From NCBI GenBank assembly GCA_964016885.1, contig OZ024742.1, positions 307,830,001 to 307,894,000 of the forward strand: DNA of 64,000 bases, written 5' to 3'. A program made the translations under genes and the position numbers. Position 1 is the stretch's first letter; every line of letters begins with the position of its first letter. Below are positions 26,671-39,050 of the stretch, in pieces. Origin of the DNA: Eledone cirrhosa (lineage: Eukaryota). Below the pieces are notes generated by a model that saw only the letters and a program-made list of their open reading frames with translations, did no database searches and was not told the DNA's origin.

Positions 26671-27333
26671 TATATCCTGGCCTCTATTTCTATTTGTTCA
26701 TTTAAATATATCATATTCAAATATATCATATTTGCAACAACACAGCTCGCCATTTTTCATTCATATATGCTTTCTCCTTCGCTATAATCTATCTTTTTCT
26801 CTTCCCTCACTGCTATCCTTTTTCTCTCTCGCCCTTCTCTCTCCTTCTCCCTCTTACTTTCACTCACCCCCTCTGCTAGTCGCCCTCTCTCGGCTAGCCT
26901 CTTTCACACACTTTCACTCACTCACTCTCTGCTACTCACCCTCTCTATCACTCCATCGTCCCACACCATACGAAATTCTTTCCTCGCTCACTTTCGCACG
27001 GCTAAGATGTATCTTTGCCTTCTCGCCAATATTCGCAAGTTCTTATGTTCAAAATGAATCATTGACTTGACTTTCTCATTTTTTCCTCTCTTTATGTTGC
27101 CTCACTATTCGTGTTTGTTTACCTGTCTCTCTTTCTCCACCCAATTCTTTTTCTCTCAATAACTTATTTTAGTTATTGTATTGCCCTAGCCGGAGGTATA
27201 TGGTCTGTAATGCGAAGAAATGCCTATGATGGCTAGTAGACCACTGATAATGGATAGTACTGGCTTCTATTTCTAATTGTTCATTTTATTATATATATAT
27301 CATACTTGCAACAACACAGCTCGCCATTTTTCA

Positions 27334-27395
<62 letters not shown>

Positions 27396-27401
<6 letters not shown>

Positions 27402-27932
27402 TAAGATAACAAGGACGATTGGTTACTCCTTCATTACGTTTATTGGTTGGTGATGCACGTTTCCCCACTGATCAGCTCAAGGTTCGATCTGTATCGAACT
27501 GACGTGACTCTGTAATCCGCGGCTCGTCAGACCCCTTGTAGTATTAATGGAAGAATGAATACATGCTGTATCATAAACCCAGAAGTTCCAATGGTGGTCA
27601 TTAAAGTTTGTTTTGAGTGGTGGATTAGTTCATAGGGATGTGTTTTTCTGTAGCGTATGTGGGGGGTGGGTGTGGGGGTGGATAAAGGTTGGTGGTGTCG
27701 TTCGCAAGCTGAAGTGGGCGGTGGTGTGGGGGTCCTGGCTGTCGATAGACAGTTTGGGTTTGTAGATGTGGCTGATTTTTGTGTGTGGTGTGGGTGTGGT
27801 GTTATTGTTTGTGATAAAGATGAAAGGTTGCGGTGTTTATGGTGGTGTGATGATTGTGTTCGTGGTTTTATTTCCATAAGGAGATACATATATAGACACA
27901 CTAAGTCCGACATATACGTTGTATAGATACAC

Positions 27933-27934
<2 letters not shown>
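27396..27934 (-). mobile_element. Penelope-like pLTR/3' fragment with decayed hammerhead, between two (TA)n tracts
   Basis: Minus strand ggt-CTGACGA-g..long stem II..GAAA-cgtgc-atc-acc at 27449-27534, followed by AATAAA. Confidence 0.55.
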
Positions 27935-28011
<77 letters not shown>

Positions 28012-28039
28012 TGGTTACACAATAGTTAGGTCACCATGC

Positions 28040-28076
28040 CGAGAACAATTGTTTCACCTTACGGATCTTCAGCTCG
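28040..28076 (-). ncRNA. Minimal type I hammerhead ribozyme
   Basis: cgag-CTGAAGA-t-cc(gtaa)gg-t-GAAA-c(aatt)g-TT-ctcg. The palindromic stem III is typical of Penelope minimal hammerheads. Confidence 0.75.
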
Positions 28077-29251
28077 TAATGGATATGGTTATACGGAACT
28101 GGAGGGACAACCGTACGAACGCGCATGCGCAGAAACCGGTCACTTCACACAGGCAATACTAAAATGCGTACGAGAAGTATAAGGCATATAACTGCGAAAG
28201 TCCGAAAAGTGTTTAGTTGATAAGAAAATTATGAGGTTGTTGTAATGATTCAATCCGGAGATTTGTAGTTATACAAGAGGTGTTTCGAGACGTGTGGACA
28301 ACGTGTGAAGAATTCATTTCTCGTGTTTAGGCAATCACTCTTGCATAATCTCTTGAGAATATGTATTCGTTCATAAATACATAGTCCACACGACGGATTT
28401 CCCCTTGCGTATGGCTTGGACTTAGTGATGGCTTTCCATTGAATGGAGTAGTCTATACCTGAGTCCTTGAGGGACCATACGTGGCTCGCGAGTTTCGTGG
28501 ATGAACGTCTGTCCGGGTATCTAAAGGTCGACTGGTGGTTCAGGAAACGTTCCATAAATCGACCCTCCGCCATGCCCACATAAGATTTGATCTCCTGTGA
28601 TTCGTTTGGTCGGTTGGAAGTGACCAGGATGCCCTTGCCGTAAGCCCGAAGCTTGCCCCCTTCAACAGCAATGCAACACACCCGCTGTAATTTATGAAGC
28701 TGTGGACACTTCCAACAGACCAAACCAATCACAGGAGGTCAAATCTTATGTGGGCATGGCGGAGGGCCGATTTAAGGAACGTTTCCTGAACCACCAGTTA
28801 ACCTTTAGATACCCGGACAGACGTTCATCCACGAAACTCGCGAGCCACGTATGGTCCCTCAAGGACTCAGGTATAGACTACTCCATTCAATGGAAAGCCA
28901 TCACTAAGTCCAAGCCATACGCAAGGAGAAATCCGTCGTGTGGACTATGTATTGATAAACGAATGAATATTCTAAAGAGATTATGCAAGAGTGATTGCCT
29001 AAACACGACAAATGAATTCTTCAAACGTTGTCCACACGTCTCGAAACACCCCTTGTATAACTACAAATCTCCGGATTGAATCATTACAACAACATCATCT
29101 TTTTTTTTATCAACTAACAACTTTTCGGACTTTCGCAGTTATATCCGTTACACCTCTCGCACGCATTTTAGTATTGCCTGTGTGAAATGACCGGTTTCTG
29201 CGCATGCGCGTTCGTACAGTTGTCCTTCCAGTTCCGTATAACCATGTCCAT

Positions 29252-29294
29252 TACGAGCTGAAGATTCGCTAAGGTGAAACAATTGTTCTCCGTA
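29252..29294 (+). ncRNA. Minimal type I hammerhead ribozyme (second arm)
   Basis: gag-CTGAAGA-ttcgctaaggt-GAAA-caattg-tt-ctc. Confidence 0.65.
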
Positions 29295-29411
29295 TGATGA
29301 ACTAACTGTTGTTTAACCACCTGTACCTAACTCATCCCATGGACTGAGTGCTCTACCACTACGGATATTACCTTCCAGTGTTCTACCACTATATATATAT
29401 ATATATATATA

Positions 29412-30737
29412 GGAAGAGTGAGTGGGGATGGCGTTTATACAAATACACTTACACACAGACGCGTTGTTTAAGGAGGGATTATATGTGTTGGTTATGTTGA
29501 TGGTTGTGTAAGTATGGCGATGTGTCTGGGGGTGGTGGGGGTGGTTGCGACATGATATTTGCAGGGTCGAATTTTACGATGAATTACAGGTTAAAAAGTG
29601 ACATAGGGAACACTGGATACTGGACTGAGGGATGGTGGACGTATGGCGATGTGTTTGTGGTGGTGGGGGTGATTTGTTCGACATCATATTTACAGGATCG
29701 GATTTTACGATGCGTTACAAGCTAATACCTGACAGAGAAAACACATAGAACACAATGGTATTGAGATGAGGGGTGTATGGCGATGTGTTTAGTGGTGGTG
29801 GTGGTGGTGGGGGGGGGGGAAGGCTTAAATGGTGCGACATGATATTTACAAGATCTGATCTTACCATGGGTTACATGTTATAGAAGACAAATTTATTGAG
29901 ATGAGGGTGTAGCAAAGCAAAGGTGGTTATCCCTATGTCGGGTCAGGGTTAGTGATTGGCCGTTGGCTGAATGTTTGAGCAGAGAAGGTGGTCATTCTGG
30001 TGTATCTGCAGTTTATAATTATGGCAGAGCTGGAGTTTATGGCCGAATTCAATTTAATGATCTCAGCCGCTTCAGCCAGGCATAATCTGCAGTGGTTTTT
30101 GTCGTTGGAGAGTTGGGCCACACGTCTTTTAAATGACCACTTGATCTGGTATTCCATGTTCTTATCTTTGAGGTTCCAGATCAAGTCCGCCAGTCTTGTT
30201 TGGGATCGTTTGGGCCTGTGTTTGAAGGAGTTTTTGTGGTTATACCAGCGTTCCTTAAACGTCATCGATGTCGCCCCTGTGTAGAAGTAATCTTTTTGGC
30301 CCGCTTTGACATCGCACGGGTAAAGAAAGTTTTTAACGAGGCACTCCCCGTTTAGTGGGTATTCTACCCACTTTTTTCAGTTGCAGTTGGGGGTTATTGG
30401 TTTGTTGCCACGTTGTCGGTTGTTCATATTCTGTGTGGAGCTGGCATGCAGGGTGTTGCGTTGTGTTGTGTGTTGCTTCGTTCCGGGTTGTGCTAGTGGT
30501 TGGTTGGGGTGCTATCATGTGTTTGCGTATATTTGTCCTATTTGCGTGTGCTATCGTGTCGTCTAGATTTGGTGTTGTGGAGAAGGAGAATTTGACAGTG
30601 TATCTATTAAGTAGCTTGTGGTATTTATGTGTGGGTGGGAAGGATTGTTCAAGAGCTCTGAAGAAGGTTCCCGGTATATTGGTGGCAACGTGTATAGAGT
30701 ACTGGGCGTTGTACCTTGTCACAGGTCTGCTTCGGGC

Positions 30738-30740
<3 letters not shown>
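29412..30740 (-). mobile_element. Penelope-like fragment (thumb/linker, GIY-YIG, 3' UTR), different family
   Basis: 30333-30740 gives YNAQYSIHVATNIPGTFFRALEQSFPPTHKYHKLLNRYTVKFSFS. 29933-30290 gives YTGATSMTFKERWYNHKNSF..CRLCLAEA. Bounded by (TA)n. Confidence 0.85.
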
Positions 30741-30802
<62 letters not shown>

Positions 30803-30804
<2 letters not shown>

Positions 30805-31004
30805 GGAAAAAGTATGACCCCGACGGCAGAGCTCAAGCCGTTTTGACGGCTATTTCTGGACTAGAAATAGCCGTCGAAACGACTTGAGCTCTGCCGTCGG
30901 GGTCATACTTTTTCCTATTTCCCACTCTACTACCCTACTACCCTAAGTATTGAGTACTCTGGTGCGTTATGGTCCATCTGGATCCTTACCACAATTCCTT
31001 TGTT
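30803..31004 (+). mobile_element. Mini fold-back Penelope P1 element: ~115-bp palindrome plus tail
   Basis: aggaaaaagtatgaccccgacggcagagctcaag... is inverted. It holds only the 3' half of the hammerhead. Confidence 0.85.
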
Positions 31005-32239
31005 TTATATATATATATATTAGCTGACGAAGCTTTCCGATATATACATATATATATTGTAAAATATAGTTAGTTAATTTCCAGCACTATTGTATGCTGA
31101 ATAGAGCACTCAACGAAGTATAAGATTGCATACTCCGAAGTATAATTATAATAATGAGGACAAATCAACAGGTTAGAATTGTAGTTTTACGAAGAGAGGG
31201 CAAAGAACGAGTAGTAACTATTCAGCTCTCGAGAAAAATGAAGCCGTGTGTAAGCAGCCTAAGATACAAAAAGTGGGGGAAGAAATATAAGCAGATTCAA
31301 AAGGATGTGAAAAATTAAGAGATGGAAAGAGAGAAAGAAAGAGGTAAAGAAGTAGAGAAAGAAGAAAGGAGAGAAATCGCAGGAGGCATACTGTCTACGA
31401 TAGGTGTTACGTAGCTAAGACCATATCGAATAGGAATCCAGAAAAGCCGACAAAAGCTCCCTGTTGAATTGATAACTTGATTTATATGTTATTGTAGTGA
31501 TTTCCGATTGTGGTTAATTAAGCCAAGTTTGAGACATCAGCTCCTACAGGCGAATGTTTTAATAATATAGTATGCCAAGTCGAAATAATCCTTTGTACTC
31601 ACCCACCAACAGATTAAATGTTACGTACGGCACATTTCACATTCATATACGTGTTCTTGATCTTGTTTAGCCCAAAATCAGGCATGGCGAACAAGCCATT
31701 ACCGTTTTATCTATATATTTCTTTTTAATTCCAGCATAGAGTATCTTCAATTACTTTATGCGACCGTCTACTTTTATAGACAATAAATTTTTATTTAAGG
31801 GGTTTATGGTTTCTACTTCTAGCCGCTTGATACACCACGAAGAGGTTCATATAGTTTTCATTCAATCTTCACTCGAAGGTTAGTTTTTATTGATCAATGC
31901 TATGAACGTGCTCTATTCGTTTCCGTGCCGAAGTTTTGTATATGTAAGATAAAGTTAAATGTGACCAATGGGATGTAATTTGAGGGGAGTTGACTTTTTT
32001 CTAGGAAGAAGAACGAACGCACTAAGACGCCCTCTCGTGCGAAATATTGTTTTCTGAAACTGTTTAAGTTCAGAGATTTGTAGCTGTGTGTTAGATGTTT
32101 TATTACCGTTTAATATAAAATAAAGGTTTTCCAGCACGGAACACACACACACCTGCCACCCACAAAACAAATATTGTACCAAGCCGCGGTAACAGAACGC
32201 ACCAGCAGCAGTAACAGCAGCAGAAACAACAGTATCATC

Positions 32240-32426
32240 ATGTGTAGTAGTAGTAGTAGTATTAGTAGTAGTAGTAGTAGTAGTCACAGCGACGATAATG
32301 ATGTTGATGAAAAACAGTTAAGGTGATGATGATGATAACACTGATGGTGTTGATGATGATGAGAATGGTGGTGGCGGTGATGATGATGGCGATGATAACG
32401 ATGATGATGAAGAAGATGATGATGAT

Positions 32427-32473
<47 letters not shown>

Positions 32474-32605
32474 GGTGGAGGGGAGGGGAGGAAGAAGATG
32501 GAGGCGGAGGGGGAGAAGAAGAAGAAGAAGAAGAAGAAGAAGAAGAAGAAGAAGAAGAAGAAGAAGAAGAAGAAGAGGATCATGATGATGATGATAATGA
32601 TGATG
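32240..32605. repeat. Compound trinucleotide repeat (TAG)n/(GAT)n/(GCT)n/(GAA)n
   Basis: Directly visible. Confidence 0.95.
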
Positions 32606-32958
32606 TCGATTATATTGACGACAAGTTTATTTCCCTGGAGATTTGATTTACTTAAACCTGTTTACGTTACACTTTAGACATCAAAACATTTCATGGCGCC
32701 TGTTTAACTGTCAGGTATTAATAAGTATTGTTAAACCAGGAATCATGGAAGGGAATTTACAATCATTTCAATCAATAATTTACTCTTTTTTTTTTCTTTA
32801 CTGAAGATCTTCCAAATGTAAGTTTCAAATTATACGTTCATAACCTAAAGCAGGACATTATTATCAGAGGTTTCATATAATTTAAAAACAAAGGAGGTTC
32901 AGAACAGGAAATAAGTGGCTTCAATCACTTCTATAATATATATATATATATACAGTAT

Positions 32959-33152
32959 ATAGGAAAAGGTTTACCCCGACGGCAGAGCTCAAGCCGTTTC
33001 GATGGCTATTTCTGGTCCAGAAATAGCCGTCGAAACGGCTTGAGCTCTGCCGTCGGGGTTAAACTTTTTCCTATTACCCACTCTACTACCCTAAATATTG
33101 AGTACTCTGGTGCGTTATGGTCTATCTGGTTCCATACCACACCTCATTCGTT
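32959..33152 (+). mobile_element. Second mini fold-back Penelope P1 element
   Basis: Same palindrome and tail as 30803-31004, flanked by TA. Confidence 0.85.
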
Positions 33153-33186
33153 ATATATATATACATACATATATAAGTAAATTTAT

Positions 33187-33230
<44 letters not shown>

Positions 33231-34025
33231 CATAACCATGGTATAAATCATCATTCATATTTATAATTTGCTAGGAATTTGTTTCGAATAAATTCATACA
33301 AACAAACATTTGAATAGAAAAGAAAAGATAACACTGAGCTTAGTGATTGGCTCTCAATATAAAGGCATAAGAATAATCTCGTGTTTTCTGTGTATAGAGG
33401 AATTATTGTGTTTAGACTTTCCAATTCATTCTCTTCACATCTAAGGCTTCTAATTAAAAATATACTTTAAGTTTGCCATAAATCATCTAATACACTCAGT
33501 TCTAGTATAAATGGGTATTATCTATTTAAGAACGTCAATAAATGTATGGACGTAATCCATCTTACACTGACATACTCTATATGTCATATATAGCGTTGCT
33601 ATAGTAATATTCCACTGGAAACGGAATCATAGGGGTAGTTATTCTCTGATGAGAGTGGCATTTGAAATGCAGACGTAAGTAAGGTTTCTTATGGTTATTT
33701 TGTACACGGAAGGATAGACCAAAGTGCTAAAATCTCATTCTTTTAAAACCGAGGGCTGGCAATTAAAACCAAAATGTCAATTCATTAAAGATGTTTATAT
33801 TTTTGTTTAATTTACAAGATGAATCCTATTTTCTGACAAAATTTCAAAGACTGGAAGTGTATATTATAGCAGACCGCGAAAAAAGGCCATAATCATCAAA
33901 TGCAACTTGTACCTAGTTGAAGTACCTAGCTGGGGCAATACATACAGAATAGATAGTCTGTTATGGTCATTCCTACAGTCACACTGAAATAACGAACATA
34001 ACGCGATAGTAAAATGAAGCGGTTG

Positions 34026-34110
<85 letters not shown>

Positions 34111-34287
34111 CATATATATATATATGATAACAAGGCATCGTTTAAGGTAATCCAGTTAAAGGTTGTGAGTAATCTGTACTGTGGATAGTTTTAACGTACA
34201 GCGTTGTTTGACTCAACAAGAAGTTTTCTTAGTTAGGTGACGAGTTTACAAGAATGCCTATGCAGATGATTCTATATATATGTATGC

Positions 34288-34322
<35 letters not shown>

Positions 34323-35318
34323 TGTGCGCGCGCGTGTGCGTATGTGTGTGTATGTATGTGTGTGTAAATATATATATAAATTTATATCAAATAAAAAGAT
34401 AACTTATTTATTTTATATGAAAAATGGTAGATGAACGCAATATAAGGTTCCTTTTATTATGTATGGAATATTTTAATCTTTCTCCTCTTGTAAATTAATA
34501 TTTTCGTATCACTCTATGTACTTTAATAAGTAGAGTTTTCTCGAAATCACGAGATATAATTAATCTCCTGCGTAACCAAGGCAACGATGAACATATTGCG
34601 AACAGACAGCTGTTTTAGATTCAAGAGCCAACGTAAAATATCCTTCCTTACTTTCAGAACACTTCAGTTGAAGAGTTATCTCAGATTATAACTTCAGATT
34701 TATTAAAATTCGTAATTTACTATATATAGTGTAATTATACATTTTGTTGATATATAGCCGTTATAAAACAATCCAGATGTATTTAAAGCAACATATGATA
34801 ACTCCAGAAGTATTTTCATATGATCTAAGTATTGTATTGTGTATTTTATGTTAGCATGAAAAACCTTTTACACAATTAGTATCATTCAGTTAAAAGAGGA
34901 ATATTTTACGAAAAGAGGATCAGGGTTTGCGCAGACAGGCAGACAGGCAGACAGGCAGACAGGCAGACCTGTATATTTTCATAATCATAGACATACATAG
35001 AATTATACATACACTCATGAATATATATGATTCTCTGATAAACAAGACTCACTATTTAGCGTTAAGAATTAAATATCAAAACTCTACTTAGGTATTGAGT
35101 ATTCTTATCTCTCAATCGGCAGCCACCTGGTCTGAGAATCGAAATATATATAAAGGATATAAATATTTCTTATAAGACTGTCTGTAACTAGCTGGTGAAA
35201 GTCAAGTGTTCAGCCATCGGGACGTGACTCTCTATAATATAACCACACTCTACCTCCTGAAGTATCGAGTACTCTGTTGAGGAATAATCTAACCAGTTTC
35301 AAACTGATTCCAAACCTG

Positions 35319-35360
<42 letters not shown>

Positions 35361-35555
35361 GTAATAAACAACACAAAACAATTATTCCATTTACCAAAGG
35401 TTTCAAGAAGACAGACGAGCACAACAGAGACGTCTGAAATCGCTCGTCAGAATGAAAATTTAATATGGACGTAAGATATGAATTTATAAACAAAGGCTAT
35501 TACAATTGAAAGCGAGGTTGAAATATAATAAAATAAAGATAAGAAATAAAATATG

Positions 35556-35728
35556 ATAACTGTTTCTACTTTTGGCACAAGGCCAGCAATCACCCAGTAG
35601 ATTACTGGTACTTTATTTTATCGACCCCATAAGGATGAAAGGCAAAGTTAACCTCGGCGGGATTTGAACTCAGAATAGCAAGGGCCGTAACTCTATACGT
35701 CAAAGCATGGCGTCCGACCCTCTTCCGA
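35556..35728 (-). mobile_element. tRNA-derived SINE (5' few bases lost)
   Basis: Core and tail match. Confidence 0.88.
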
Positions 35729-35799
35729 TAATAAAATATAATAACAGGAAAAAAATATACTCACTGAAGCAGAACGAAAGATTATGTGGTAAAAATAAA

Positions 35800-35869
<70 letters not shown>

Positions 35870-36123
35870 TACCTACCCACACACATATATACATATACAC
35901 AAACATAAACATATGTACATATACATACATACATACATAGACACGTACATATACACATACATACACACATACATACACACACATATATATATATATATGA
36001 CAGTCGATTGACTTTCGTTAAATCGGACCGAGGAAACAATGTTTCCATTGGTCTTTCCGATTGCTAATACTATCTATCGGTCACAACTCCAGGTAGAAGG
36101 AGCAACGTGAAATAAAGTGTCTT

Positions 36124-36443
36124 ATATAAACAGACTAAATAAACAGACTAAATAAAGATGGCGTAGAAATACAATGCAACGGGAGGAATCTATAGCACCA
36201 CTGACGATGTTGCAGATGTGCAACGAAAGAACTTTGATAAACTATATATATGTGTTTGTGTCTATATTGTATCTGTATTATTTTTGACCGTTGGTCAGTC
36301 AATGGCAACATTGAGGACCGAATAAATTAGATTACCGATATAAAAGACACAGAAGCGAGAAGCGAAAACCAACCAAACAGTGAGTGTGTTCTGTTATTAA
36401 TTCTGGCAATATTACACAAATATGACCCTCCCCAAGTATAACA
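36124..36443 (+). mobile_element. Solo pLTR of the 22071-25730 Penelope family
   Basis: Reverse complement of 22071-22385. Contains CTGACGA-t-gttgca(gatg)tgcaac-GAAA. Confidence 0.85.
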
Positions 36444-36467
36444 ATATTTGTTTGACACACGATGTTT

Positions 36468-36657
<190 letters not shown>

Positions 36658-36768
36658 CTGCGTCTGTTTGTTTTTATAACTTACTATTTTGTTTGTTACT
36701 TTTTCGGCTGTCTGGTCAGTTGGATACATATATTATGTCAATAACCAGAAACGCGCTTATGCTTATAA

Positions 36769-36820
<52 letters not shown>

Positions 36821-36862
36821 TAGCGAGGTTTTTTATATGAAATCGTGTGTCGAAACAGATAT

Positions 36863-36992
36863 TGTTATACTTGGGGAGGGTCATATTTGCGTAATATTGC
36901 CAGAATTAATAACAGCACACACTCACTGTTTGGTTGGTTTTCGCTTCTCGTCTTTTATATCTGCGATCTAACTTACTCGGTCCTCAATGTTG
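36863..36992 (-). mobile_element. Short pLTR tail fragment of the same family
   Basis: Matches 22072-22204. Ends in a local fold-back tactcggtcctcaatgttgaggaccgagta. Confidence 0.85.
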
Positions 36993-37067
36993 AGGACCGA
37001 GTAAGAGTGAGAAATGAAATTTGGTTTTCATTTTATTACAACATATATATATATATATATATATATT

Positions 37068-37885
37068 AGTCGTAGGATCTCAAATCTATCAGTAATGAGG
37101 GAGATACTCGATAAGGCTGCCTCATACTTTAACCAAGCCCTCCTAGATAGCAGTTTTAAGGACAAAATTAAGTACACACCTGATCAATTCCAACCATACT
37201 AAAAATGCCAACAGAATAAAAAAAAATATCTACTTTGCACACCCCTCCCTTTTTTTCGATTAACGTAAAGCCTAATGTAGGTAAGACATTTTAGGTCTAA
37301 TCGATAGATATTTTCCACGACAACATAGATAGAGCAATATCTTCAATTGCAATTCCGTGATGATATCCTATTCATGTGGCCAGTCTATAAGAGTAAATTA
37401 CCGCAAAGAATAAATCCGATGTAAATCTAAGTTACTCTTATAGCATTAAAAAGAACTGTCTTCCCCAACAGAAATGTAATATAAAATCCATTGTGTATGA
37501 GGCAGTGATTACACACTACACCTCAGAAGATTCTGAATTTAGTGAAAGATATGTGGGTATGATGCAAGATCATTTTAAACAACGGTTTTACTTGCATCTC
37601 CTCTCCTTCACGAACCCTGATATGAAAACAAGAATGGCTCTAGCAAAAGAAGATCGGCAATTAAAGGAGAAAGAAGTCCCACATAAGGTTACTTAGAAGA
37701 TAGTTGAAAGGTCCAGACCTCCTACCAACCGTACCAAGTGATGTGGTCTCTGCCTCAGTAAACATTTTAGGATATAACAAGGTTTGTCGTCTGCGAAGTA
37801 TAAATATTTGAACTCTTAAGAAAGAAATTTTTAGAGGATGTCTACATATCAGAAGCCATCTCCTTGTTAAGTGGAAACACTAAAT
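37068..37885 (+). pseudogene. Decayed Penelope RT-thumb/GIY-YIG fragment
   Basis: SRRISNLS..YFNQAL..KIKY, IVYEAVI..YVGMMQDHFKQRFYLH, CGLCL. Multiple stops. Confidence 0.8.
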
Positions 37886-38159
37886 AAATTCAACTGATTT
37901 TTACCCACCTTGACATTGATTTCTATACTATCGTACTAACTTTTCTACATAAATTTGCACCATTTTGTTGACATCCTAAAGGCTTTAGGGGAGTGCTCTA
38001 GCAGAGTCCACATACCCTGGCGTATGTAAGGCACTTGACAAAGTTGTTTACGGCATTCTAGCATGAGAATCGGTGGGAGCTTTTATATAGGAGTAAGGAA
38101 CTTCTGCTGAACGCATATTGTGGTCAAAAGCATGCACTTATCTCAGCAAATGTCATTAG

Positions 38160-39050
38160 TGCTGTTTGACAATGCACTATGTGGGGCCCCCATTATTTAT
38201 ATTAATGACACAATAGACGTCACCATGGAGCAAAATAAGAATGTTTGCAGATTGCTCTAAATCTCTAAACAACACGAATGGAATAGATGGTTTGACATAG
38301 CTTCAATCGGATCTGCTCTCTATTCTTGAATAGACAGGAAAATAAAATATGCTGTTAAACAAGGATAAATGTGAGCTAATCCGATTTGAGAAAAGCTGAT
38401 GCACTTAGATAACCATGTTCGCTTCCTTCTAGGAAAATTATTGTCATGTCAAATGTCTTGGTGTAAATGTTGACAATAACATACAGTGGAGTGTCCACAT
38501 CAAAAACGAAATCTATATTATTCGCTGGATGTGTTACTGGAATCTTAGTACTTCAGATTCTTTCGTTCTTTAAATGCGCTCGGTTTCACATCTAATACTG
38601 TCGCTCCGTACTGTCTCCCTTATCTAAACAAATATCATAAACATTGAAGGACTTTAGAGGCCATAGTAAATAAATAGATAAATAAATGGCGTGAGAAACC
38701 TAGATTACTGGGATTCGCTAGAAAGACTTAAAGAATATTCTCCTCAAACCCGCCATGAGCTCTAATCTGTATTATGTGGAAAAATTTAATCAGTATTTCC
38801 AAATGATAGTGGCATCAACTTTACAAATCATCAAGAAATTGAGCTTGCAACACTATTATATTACGTTAAAACTATTTCATATCACATATATATATGCGTC
38901 CCTATATCTCGAAAAATACTAGTGTAGAAAAGGATTCTATAACATTCAACTGGTTCCAGCAGAAATTCCTCCAGAATATTCTAGATAAATCATGTACACC
39001 AGGGTATTTTTCGGCAAATAATTCCTTACACAAGTTGGCTCTGGTGTCCG
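38160..39050 (+). pseudogene. Highly decayed CR1/L2-type RT relic related to 1-740
   Basis: attatttatattaatgacacaataga matches 358-381 (IIYINDTI). Also IRMFAD and LGVNVDNNIQWSVHI. Confidence 0.55.

Larger units (their letters stand above)
28009..29390 (+). mobile_element. Penelope P2 fold-back: two inverted copies of the GIY-YIG 3' region plus pLTR (~600-bp arms) and tail
   Basis: ORFs 28250-28732(-) and 28702-29079(+) are near-identical (KSYVGMAEGRFKERFLNH..CGLC..LN). Hammerheads at both ends. (TA)n flanks. Confidence 0.92.

Noticed and set aside
31590-32230. Possible minus-strand first exon (donor GTGAGTA near 31600) of a host gene
   Set aside because: A single motif with no ORF or partner exon. 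It needs RNA-seq.
32284-32646. Poly-His, poly-Met and poly-Glu ORFs
   Set aside because: Compound trinucleotide repeats with no domain or splice support.
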